From contig JAOZPT010000068.1 in NCBI GenBank assembly GCA_029932605.1, forward strand, positions 1-11,251: DNA of 11,251 nt, in the 5' to 3' direction. The translations under genes and the position numbers were made by a program. Source of the DNA: Candidatus Zixiibacteriota bacterium (GTDB taxonomy: Bacteria; Zixibacteria; MSB-5A5; UBA10806; 4484-95). Shown one piece after another: positions 1 to 7,005 of the stretch. Each line of letters begins with the position of its first letter. Position 1 is the stretch's first letter. The notes beneath the pieces were generated by a model. It did not search any database. It saw only the letters and a program-made list of their open reading frames with translations, and was not told where the DNA came from.

Positions 1-1
1 G

Positions 2-301
2 TTATGGTGGATACCATTGGGGGTATCGCTGTTATTTGTTCTTTTGGGAGGTCACTGGTTTAAAGTAATCGGAGAGAACCTGCTCGTTTTCTTCCTTCAC
101 TTTTATGCCTTTTTTGGAATATGCATCGTTGAATTTTATTTTAGAAGTTTTAAGATTTCTGGTTGGATAAGGTTAATTATTTATATATTTTTTACGATGA
201 CCATAATTGTCGCGATCCCAATCCTAGGGATCTTAGGCCTTATTGATAGCCGGTTTGATTTTAGAAAGGTCTCGCATTTTGAAAATAAATCTTTTAATTG
301 A
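2..301 (+). CDS. DUF2232/YybS-family membrane protein, C-terminal part (5'-truncated by the window)
   Basis: Frame is open from position 2 (LWWIPLGVSLL...) to TGA at 299-301. Several hydrophobic segments end in LGILGLIDSRFDFRK, the typical DUF2232 C-terminal G-x-x-D-x-x-x-D-F-R motif. Lies directly upstream of rplI, the usual context of this family. Confidence 0.75.
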   Translation, partial: LWWIPLGVSLLFVLLGGHWFKVIGENLLVFFLHFYAFFGICIVEFYFRSFKISGWIRLIIYIFFTMTIIVAIPILGILGLIDSRFDFRKVSHFENKSFN

Positions 302-318
302 AGACAAGGAGTTTTGCA

Positions 319-777
319 GTGAAAGTGATTCTCAAAGATGATATCAAGAACCTGGGCACTTGTGGAAGTGTTGTCGAAGTTAAAGGTGGTTATGCCCGTA
401 ATTTTCTAATACCCAGAAACATGGCTGTAGCCGCCACTCCAGGAAACATAAAATCGATTGATGAAATAAAAAAACAAAAAGGCTTCCGGGACAACAAGCG
501 AAAAAAAGAGGCTGAGAAGTTTAAGAATAAACTTGAAAAAATATCGATTACCGCCAATGTTCAGGTTGGCGAGGAGGACAAGGTCTTCGGTTCCGTCACC
601 TCCTCAAATATCGCAAGCCTATTGAGGAACGAAGGATTCGAGATAGATAGACGAATGGTACATCTCGACGAACCAATTAAGGCTCTTGGAGTTTATACTA
701 TTCCTATTAAGCTCGAAAAGGATATCATCGCCAACGTTAAACTATGGGTAGTGAAAAAAGAGGAAGAAAAAGAGTAG
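319..777 (+). CDS. rplI: 50S ribosomal protein L9
   Basis: KVILKDDIKNLG...VEVKGGYARNFLIP N-terminal signature, plus FGSVT and PIKALGVY motifs. Start is most likely GTG at 319 with AGGAG at 307-311 (7-nt spacer), not the TTG at 298. Confidence 0.97.
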   Translation: MKVILKDDIKNLGTCGSVVEVKGGYARNFLIPRNMAVAATPGNIKSIDEIKKQKGFRDNKRKKEAEKFKNKLEKISITANVQVGEEDKVFGSVTSSNIASLLRNEGFEIDRRMVHLDEPIKALGVYTIPIKLEKDIIANVKLWVVKKEEEKE

Positions 778-901
778 ATGAAAAGGCAATATTTAAATAA
801 TAACACTCTTATATTCCTGTTAAGGTCTCTTACGATAATAAGGAATCTATTTTTGACAAAGTTAACATTTAACAGGTTATTCGTAATAGGTAAATAAACT
901 A

Positions 902-910
902 TGGTATTAT
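902..910 (+). promoter_or_regulatory. Candidate extended -10 promoter element for the DUF151 gene
   Basis: TG-G-TATTAT at 902-910 in an AT-rich intergenic region, 34 nt before the ATG. SD-like GGTGG at 934-938. No correctly spaced -35. Confidence 0.4.
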
Positions 911-944
911 ATCATACACAGTTTAGTAAGATTGGTGGCAATAA

Positions 945-1427
945 ATGGAATTTATAAAAGCAAGAATAGACGGACTGGCACTTGATATAACTACAAATTC
1001 ACCTGTGGTTACTCTCAGTCCTGAAAACTCCAAAAAAATCCTACCGATATGGATAGGACACTACGAGGCCTGGGCAATTGGAATGGAGATATCCGGCGTG
1101 ATTTCCAAGCGACCACTGACACATGACCTTTTATATGGGGTCATCAAGAGCATGGGTGGCAAGGTTGAAAAAATATGTATAACCGAACTTAAAGAGCAAA
1201 CGTTTTTTGCCAAGATCCACATTAAATCAAATGGTGATATAATTGAGGTCGATGCTCGACCTTCCGATTCTATCGCACTGGCTTTAAAAGCCAAAGCACC
1301 CATTTTTGTAAACGATGAGTTGTTCAGACTCAAAGATGAAAAAACCTCGGGCATTCCCGACCAGGAAACCCTTCGCGATAGACTACGTCGTATTAATCCT
1401 GAAGATTTCGGTAAGTATCAATTATGA
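945..1427 (+). CDS. Bifunctional nuclease (DUF151/BFN, DNase-RNase) family protein
   Basis: Family motifs LPIWIGxxEAxAI, RPLTHDL, FFAKI and VDARPSDSIALAL..APIFV. Ends in a PEDFGKY tail. No C-terminal UVR domain. Confidence 0.92.
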   Translation: MEFIKARIDGLALDITTNSPVVTLSPENSKKILPIWIGHYEAWAIGMEISGVISKRPLTHDLLYGVIKSMGGKVEKICITELKEQTFFAKIHIKSNGDIIEVDARPSDSIALALKAKAPIFVNDELFRLKDEKTSGIPDQETLRDRLRRINPEDFGKYQL

Positions 1428-1569
1428 TAATTTCCAGCAAAGATAAAATACCACTTGCAGAGAGTTGTCGTATCTCTGGTTATAATCCTGTAATATGTTC
1501 TAAATATAAAAAAACTAATAAACAACGACTGAATTTTAACGACTTTGGCTTAAATCATCAATATCATCC

Positions 1570-3369
1570 ATGAGGCTATCGATTAAGAAGATCACAGCGT
1601 GGATAATAGTTTTTTGTGCGGTGACATATTCGCAGAATATCCCCTCATCTCCACGAGAGGGGTTATATCAGGCGCTGGAGATTTATAGCTTGGGGAGATA
1701 CGAGGATGCTTATCTTATGTTCAAGTCTTTGTCTGAATTTTATGTTTTGGATGAACATCACTCAATTTTCAGATTTATGGCCGCCAAGTCGCTCTACAAA
1801 GCCGGTGATTTTGAAAAAGCTCGTCTGGAATTCGAACGTTTCTGTAAGGAATTTCCCGGTTCATCCTACATCAGCGCCGCCAATCTATATCTTGGCCATA
1901 TCGCCTACCTTAATGACAACCTCTACAAGAGCGCTTCCCGGTATCTCAAAGCTAACAACCTGGCTCCCAATTCCAAAGCCGGCGAAATCGCCGCCGATAA
2001 TCTGATACCTATGCTTGAGAATGAACTCTCTATCAATGAACTCTCCTCGTTAATCGATAACTATCCAAAATCAAACCTTGCTGGCGAAATCGTATATAAC
2101 TTAGGCAAAAGGCTCTTCGAACAGCAGAAATATAAGAGAGCAATCAGGCTGTTTGAAAAATACCTCGAAAATTACGTGCCAAGTAATCATAGCGCTGAGG
2201 TTAAGGAGTTGTTAAGCACATGTAAGGAAAACATCCATAACAAAGTAGTCATTGGTGTTCTTGCACCTCTTTCAGGCTCATTTGCTGATTATGGTCAAAG
2301 TCTGGTAGAGGGTGTAAAGCTTGTTTTTGAGGAAAATAATGAGATTAATGGAAAACGGGTGGAGTTGATTATCAAAGACACGAAAGGGTCACCGGTTTAT
2401 GCGACAATGGCTGTCAGTCAGCTTGCACTGGATGAACCCGTAGCGATAATCGGCCCGCTAAGGTCCGAATCGGCAGTAGGAGCTGCAGTAGTAGCCAGCT
2501 TTCACAATATTCCGATTATCACACCCACCGCCTCGGAAAGCGGAATAGCCAAACTTGGAGAGAATGTTTACCAGGTATCCCCACCAGCCGAGGTTATGGC
2601 TGTTACTATGGCTGAATATGCAGTAAATAAAATGGGTATCAAAGAATTCGGTATAATTGCTCCTGGCGACTTTACAGGAAGGCAGGTTTCTAAGGCTTTC
2701 ACCCAAAGAGTGTACCAGCTTGGCGGAGAGGTGTTATCCAATACATTTTATGAGACCGGGCAGGTGGATTTTACAAACCAGATCAAACCGTTGCGCGAGG
2801 TTTTATTGATGAAGACAGAGGAATTACTGGCTACCCAACAAATAGATTCAACCGAGTATTATGATTTTGAAAAGGAGGAATGGCTTGAACAGGATGACTG
2901 GCGAGTACATCTTGGCGGACTTTTCTTACCTGGTTATGCCGAAGAACTCTCTCTCCTGATACCTCAAATAAGATACCATGTCATTTCAACACAGTACTTG
3001 GGCTTGGATGGCTGGGATTCACCCAAACTTATAGGTAGCATCGAGCGCTATATACAGGGCTCGGTTTTCGCCACCGACTATCATCCCCTTTCTGAAAATA
3101 AGATTTGGAATGATTTTTATACGGAATTTTATAAAAAGTACAAGCACGAGTCCGATAGGGTTTCAGCTTTATCATATGATGTTGCAAATCTGATAAAAAT
3201 GGCTTTGGAGAATGGAGCGGATTCGGCTGAAGATGTCAACAGCTATCTTGGTTCGGTTGAATCTTATAACGGAACGGGTTGTACTATCAATTTCAAATCA
3301 ACCAATCATGCCAATAATTCGGTCGGTATATTCATTATTGAGGATAATACTATTAAAAAACTTAAATAA
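1570..3369 (+). CDS. Exported TPR + type 1 periplasmic-binding-fold protein (LpoA/LppC-like penicillin-binding-protein activator or ABC substrate-binding family)
   Basis: N-terminal signal-like segment (MRLSIKKITAWIIVFCAVTYSQ). BamD/YfiO-like TPR repeats (FPGSSY, YPKSNLA). Then IGVLAPLSGSFADYG, IIGPLRS, PIITPTAS, DFTNQI and ALSYD motifs of the LivK/LppC-type binding fold. Confidence 0.75.
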   Translation: MRLSIKKITAWIIVFCAVTYSQNIPSSPREGLYQALEIYSLGRYEDAYLMFKSLSEFYVLDEHHSIFRFMAAKSLYKAGDFEKARLEFERFCKEFPGSSYISAANLYLGHIAYLNDNLYKSASRYLKANNLAPNSKAGEIAADNLIPMLENELSINELSSLIDNYPKSNLAGEIVYNLGKRLFEQQKYKRAIRLFEKYLENYVPSNHSAEVKELLSTCKENIHNKVVIGVLAPLSGSFADYGQSLVEGVKLVFEENNEINGKRVELIIKDTKGSPVYATMAVSQLALDEPVAIIGPLRSESAVGAAVVASFHNIPIITPTASESGIAKLGENVYQVSPPAEVMAVTMAEYAVNKMGIKEFGIIAPGDFTGRQVSKAFTQRVYQLGGEVLSNTFYETGQVDFTNQIKPLREVLLMKTEELLATQQIDSTEYYDFEKEEWLEQDDWRVHLGGLFLPGYAEELSLLIPQIRYHVISTQYLGLDGWDSPKLIGSIERYIQGSVFATDYHPLSENKIWNDFYTEFYKKYKHESDRVSALSYDVANLIKMALENGADSAEDVNSYLGSVESYNGTGCTINFKSTNHANNSVGIFIIEDNTIKKLK

Positions 3370-4190
3370 TGCTTGATAAAGAGAAGAAACTGATAAATAT
3401 AATAAGACAACTTGGTTCGGTTGTTATAGGATTTTCCGGGGGAGTTGATTCAACTTTGATGGTGCACTTGTGTATCAAACATCTTGGTCTTAACGATGTC
3501 TGGGTTGTTACTGCCAATTCGAAATCGACTATGCCCGAGGAGATAAAGTTCTGTAAGAAAATGATGACCAAGATGGGTATTCCCAAAGACCACTTTACAA
3601 TCATTAATACAAATGAGCTTGATGACCAGAACTATACATCCAACCCTGAGAACCGATGTTATTTTTGCAGACGGGAACTTTTTGGTAAATTGAAAAAGTA
3701 TGCCCGAGAAGTGGGGGCTAAAAATATCGTTGATGGAAGCAATGCCTCCGATTTGACCGATTACCGTCCGGGTATGAAAGCTAAAAATGAATTTGAGGTC
3801 CGCTCGCCGCTTGCCGAAGCCGGTTTTACCAAAAGGGATGTCCGAAATCTGGCCAAGAGATCGGGCCTGACCAACTGGGATAAACCAGCAACACCCTGCT
3901 TGTCCTCGAGAATTCCATATCATTCAAAGATCACATTAAAAAAGCTCGAACAAATCGCTACTGCCGAGAGACTTTTAAAAAACCTGGGATTCAAACAGGT
4001 TAGAGTGAGACACCATGACCATATCGCCAGGCTGGAAATAGAGGATTTCGAACTACTGCTTAAAAACGGCATAAAAGAAAAAATAAACGAAAAATTAAAA
4101 AAGGCGGGATTTACTTACGTAGCCGTCGACCTGGGGGGATTTCGTTCAGGAAGTTTAAATGACGCCATCAAAGAAAAGAGGAAAAGATGA
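3369..4190 (+). CDS. larE: LarE-family ATP-dependent sulfur insertase (PP-loop), three-cysteine [4Fe-4S] type
   Basis: PP-loop SGGVDS, NPENRCYFC, DGSNASDLTDYRPG, SPLAE, WDKPATPCLSSRIPY, QVRVRHH and DLGGFRSGSLN are all LarE signatures. Start overlaps the upstream stop (TAATG, 3367-3371). Confidence 0.92.
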   Translation: MLDKEKKLINIIRQLGSVVIGFSGGVDSTLMVHLCIKHLGLNDVWVVTANSKSTMPEEIKFCKKMMTKMGIPKDHFTIINTNELDDQNYTSNPENRCYFCRRELFGKLKKYAREVGAKNIVDGSNASDLTDYRPGMKAKNEFEVRSPLAEAGFTKRDVRNLAKRSGLTNWDKPATPCLSSRIPYHSKITLKKLEQIATAERLLKNLGFKQVRVRHHDHIARLEIEDFELLLKNGIKEKINEKLKKAGFTYVAVDLGGFRSGSLNDAIKEKRKR

Positions 4191-4408
4191 CCGAAACCGG
4201 CAAGCGAGTAGCTCTAACAGTCACGGTTGGAGACCAGAAGCGTGAGATAACCTTCGATGAGCTTACCCTATCAAATAACTTTGCCCTTGAGGCTTTAGTC
4301 AAACTGCTCGTGGATAAAAAGATCATCGAGGTCAAGGAATTGCAGGAAATCATGAACAAAATCCGGAAGGAGCGCTATAAGGATCCTCCCAAAACCAATG
4401 CTGAATGA
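4187..4408 (+). CDS. Small hypothetical helical protein (73 aa)
   Basis: ATGA overlaps at both ends (4187-4190 and 4405-4408) and GAGGA at 4178-4182. Amphipathic helical pattern ALEALVKLLVDKKII..EL. Confidence 0.75.
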   Translation: MTETGKRVALTVTVGDQKREITFDELTLSNNFALEALVKLLVDKKIIEVKELQEIMNKIRKERYKDPPKTNAE

Positions 4409-4848
4409 ATATGGAAAAACTTACATGGGTTTCTCATCCAGCTAAGATCAGAAAAACCGCCACAATTATAGTGCTGTTGTTTATAGTGGCTATATTTATC
4501 GTGGTTTATTCAGTGACATACTCAATCTTAATGGTCATGCTGGCCGGATTTATTTTCCTGGGCACACTCTCGACATTTTTCTTTCCTACAAAATACGAAC
4601 TTACCAAGGATAAGATAAAAATAAAATATCTTGTCAACAGGGTTGAAAAGGAAATGAAAGTTTTTCGATCATACTATCCCGATAAAAATGGTGTATTGTT
4701 GTCGCCGTTCACGCGCCCCTCACGGTTGGAGAATTTCCGTGGCTTATATGTACGCTATCATCAAAATAAGGACGAGGTCGATTCCTTTATAAAAAAGATA
4801 TTCGAGGAAAGAAAATTTGAAGACAAAGAACAACTCCAAACCGAATAA
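4405..4848 (+). CDS. Hypothetical membrane protein (two TM helices + soluble beta-rich, possibly bacterial PH-like domain)
   Basis: Two hydrophobic segments (about aa 20-38 and 40-60), then FFPTKYELT..KIKIKY and GVLLSPFTRPSRLENFRGLYVRY. ATGA overlap with the upstream ORF. Confidence 0.8.
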   Translation: MNMEKLTWVSHPAKIRKTATIIVLLFIVAIFIVVYSVTYSILMVMLAGFIFLGTLSTFFFPTKYELTKDKIKIKYLVNRVEKEMKVFRSYYPDKNGVLLSPFTRPSRLENFRGLYVRYHQNKDEVDSFIKKIFEERKFEDKEQLQTE

Positions 4849-5299
4849 ATCCGCAGGTTCAGACGATACCAAACCAACACCTGAGGAGCAAGAATTAATA
4901 GACCGCGTGGCTAAGCTGGTTGTCCGCAAAGGGCTCACAGTGCCAGCAATCTTGTTTTTTGAAACAAGCAAACCATTGAACTGGATCGGCTCTCAGGGAA
5001 TGATTATCCTTGAACCATTTGTCTGGGCTATCAATCCTTTTCTTTACGCATTTTTCAGGTTAAAACACGAGGATTATTTAAAATTTCAGCGTCTCATAGA
5101 AAAACGCCATAACGTGGAGAACCTGCTTCTGGCTATAGAGAAATTTGACAGCCAGGCAAGAATTAAAGAAGATGAAATTCGCCGAGAGTTAAAAATCAAG
5201 AAAAAAGAGTTAAGAGCTAAAAGAAAAGCTAAGCGTCAAAAATTTTTAAGAAAACTTTTCGGAAGAGAAAAACCGGAAGACCTCGGAAAATCCCACTGA
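4817..5299 (+). CDS. Hypothetical protein with central hydrophobic region and highly basic C-terminal helix
   Basis: TTG start at 4817 with GAGGA at 4804-4808; 32-nt overlap with the upstream gene. Ordered-looking core LIDRVAKLVVRKGLTVPAILFFETSKPLNWIGSQ and a K/R-rich tail. Exact start uncertain. Confidence 0.78.
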   Translation: MKTKNNSKPNKSAGSDDTKPTPEEQELIDRVAKLVVRKGLTVPAILFFETSKPLNWIGSQGMIILEPFVWAINPFLYAFFRLKHEDYLKFQRLIEKRHNVENLLLAIEKFDSQARIKEDEIRRELKIKKKELRAKRKAKRQKFLRKLFGREKPEDLGKSH

Positions 5300-5461
5300 T
5301 TACTTTATCAGATAAATATTGTTAACATATATTATTTTAAAATCCTTCAGTCTGTCTTTAAGAATCTATCCACATATGGAAAAACTTATTTCGATCATAA
5401 CATTTTTCGAGGTAACGCTATCTGTAATGTTTAAAACGTTTACGTTTTCGCCAACCTACAT

Positions 5462-6121
5462 TTAAATATATTCATCGACAAACAACGCCCTTTCTATTTC
5501 CATAAAATCCTTAAAAACTCTTTGGGCTCGATTGAGATATTTTGCCTCAAGGGTGGTGCATACAGCCCAGCAGGTCAAACCAGCATCAACCGCCGAGGCG
5601 ATACCAGTGGGAGCATTCTCTATGGCAATTATACTTTCTTTAGGCAATCCTGAAAGTTTTATCGCGTATAAATATGGTTCAGGATCGGGCTTACCCCTCT
5701 CTGTACTTTCATAATCCACAACAAAGTCGAAATAACCATTAAAAAATTTACTTATAACCCTATCCACTATCGATGATACGCTACCAGTAACAACTCCGAG
5801 CCTGACTTTGCTTTTGAGTTTATCTAATAATCCAATGATACCCTGAGTCGGTTTAAAGTCGGCGATATGCTCAAAAATCTCCCGCTTGAGTGTATAGATT
5901 TTCCTGATGGTTTCCTCATCAGGGTTATCGATGCCAAGCTTTCTTAATCGCTGGCGGACTGTGATAGGATGTTTCACGCCCTCGTTAAGGTAGAACTCCA
6001 GTTCATCGGGATGGTAACCGAATTGGGCAAACGCTTTCATCCAGGCTTTTACATGGTATTTCATGGAGTCGATTAATACCCCGTCCATGTCGAAGAATAT
6101 ACCTTTAAAGTTTTTTATCAT
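5462..6121 (-). CDS. HAD-superfamily phosphatase (beta-phosphoglucomutase-like, subfamily IA)
   Basis: Motif I FDMDGVLIDS, motif II VTGS, motif III GKPDPEPY, motif IV IENAPTG. Confidence 0.92.
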   Translation of the reverse strand: MIKNFKGIFFDMDGVLIDSMKYHVKAWMKAFAQFGYHPDELEFYLNEGVKHPITVRQRLRKLGIDNPDEETIRKIYTLKREIFEHIADFKPTQGIIGLLDKLKSKVRLGVVTGSVSSIVDRVISKFFNGYFDFVVDYESTERGKPDPEPYLYAIKLSGLPKESIIAIENAPTGIASAVDAGLTCWAVCTTLEAKYLNRAQRVFKDFMEIERALFVDEYI

Positions 6122-6136
6122 TAATGTTGATTATCG

Positions 6137-6691
6137 TCAAAGCCCGAGGTGGTCGGCAACCTTCTGGAGAGCCTCAATCACATTACCGATATGTTCATCA
6201 AGCGGTATCCCGAGCTCTTCAGCGCCCTTGATTATCTCCTCGCGGGATACCTGGCGAGCAAAGGCTTTATCTTTCATCTTCTTTTTTACCGATTTCACCC
6301 TGACATCCTCAAGTTTCCTTGATGGTCTTACCAGAGCAACCGCTATTATGAAACCGCAAAGTTCGTCCACTGCGTAAAGTGTTTTCTCAAGCTTGGTTTC
6401 TCTTGGAACCCCGGTGAAATCGACATGGGATAGAATCGAGTTGATAAAAGCCTCATCGAAACCCTCGGCCCGCAATATATCCGGTCCGGCAAGAGGGTGT
6501 TTATCGGGATATTTTTCATAATCGAAATCATGCAACAGCCCGATTGCTCCCCAGTACTCTACATCCTCGCCAAATTTCTCAGCATAGTAACGCATGGCCG
6601 CCTCAACGGCAAGGGCATGTTTACGCAACGACCCTGTCTCTGTATAACGGCAAAGCAACTCCCAGACCTTTTGCCTACTTATATTCTGCAT
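6137..6691 (-). CDS. HD/HDIG-domain predicted metal-dependent phosphohydrolase
   Basis: HD-superfamily metal-ligand pattern: RKHALAVE, LLHDFDYE, KHP, ILSH, AVDELCG. Followed by ALVRPS and SVKKKMKDKAFARQVSRE. Confidence 0.9.
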   Translation of the reverse strand: MQNISRQKVWELLCRYTETGSLRKHALAVEAAMRYYAEKFGEDVEYWGAIGLLHDFDYEKYPDKHPLAGPDILRAEGFDEAFINSILSHVDFTGVPRETKLEKTLYAVDELCGFIIAVALVRPSRKLEDVRVKSVKKKMKDKAFARQVSREEIIKGAEELGIPLDEHIGNVIEALQKVADHLGL

Positions 6692-6869
6692 ATTCCTTTA
6701 AAGCTTTGATAATCGATTTTGTCAGACGCTCTCTTATCTTTTGCTCCTCAGAACCAACCGTAACATCAGCCCAGATTTCATCATATATCCTGTTTACCAG
6801 TTTCTTAATGAAATCGTCAAGCTCCTGCCCGGAGAACTCTATTGGCTTAAAATCATTCTTTTTCTTCAT
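6675..6869 (-). CDS. Small hypothetical protein (64 aa), probably leaderless first gene of the HD-HAD operon
   Basis: ATG-started ORF that fills the gap and overlaps the HD gene by 17 nt. Two amphipathic helices. A promoter is placed so that +1 is at or near the ATG. Confidence 0.65.
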   Translation of the reverse strand: MKKKNDFKPIEFSGQELDDFIKKLVNRIYDEIWADVTVGSEEQKIRERLTKSIIKALKEYAEYK

Positions 6870-6875
6870 ACTGAC

Positions 6876-6904
6876 ATAATATAGTTATTTTAAAAAAGGG
6901 TCAA
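6876..6904 (-). promoter_or_regulatory. Sigma70-type promoter TTGACC-N17-TATTAT
   Basis: On the minus strand, -35 TTGACC (6904-6899), 17-nt AT-rich spacer, -10 TATTAT (6881-6876). Each hexamer matches consensus at 5/6. Confidence 0.7.
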
Positions 6905-7005
6905 TAGAAATGTAACATAAAGGGTTAATAAGAAAATAGTTTATTTAAAAACGGGGTTTCTAAGCAAACTTCTTCTCTCTATCTAATTGCTCTATTAATC
7001 AACCT

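Noticed and set aside
298..318. TTG start at 298 for rplI given by the ORF track
   Set aside because: L9 homology begins at VKVIL, and GTG at 319 has a well-spaced AGGAG; the extension only encodes the RBS region.
853..858. Perfect TTGACA upstream of the DUF151 gene
   Set aside because: No acceptable -10 at 16-18 nt spacing (GTTATT/TTATTC), so it is not called as a promoter.
816..876. Inverted repeat CCTGTTAA / TTAACAGG
   Set aside because: Only 8 bp with a 45-nt spacer, does not extend, and has no target-site duplication or transposase; too weak for a MITE or terminator.
1455..1486. TTGCAG...TATAAT promoter-like pair and a small CAGAGA/TCTCTG hairpin before the TPR gene
   Set aside because: The spacer is 20 nt and the stem only 6 bp. 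The TATAAT may be real, but a full promoter or terminator cannot be supported.
1061..4971. Alternative-frame and antisense ORFs in the + block (1061-1354, 1706-2005, 2458-2706, 3362-3604, 3450-3923, 4168-4359, 4744-4971)
   Set aside because: All lie within better-supported genes and have no recognisable motifs; consistent with shadow ORFs.
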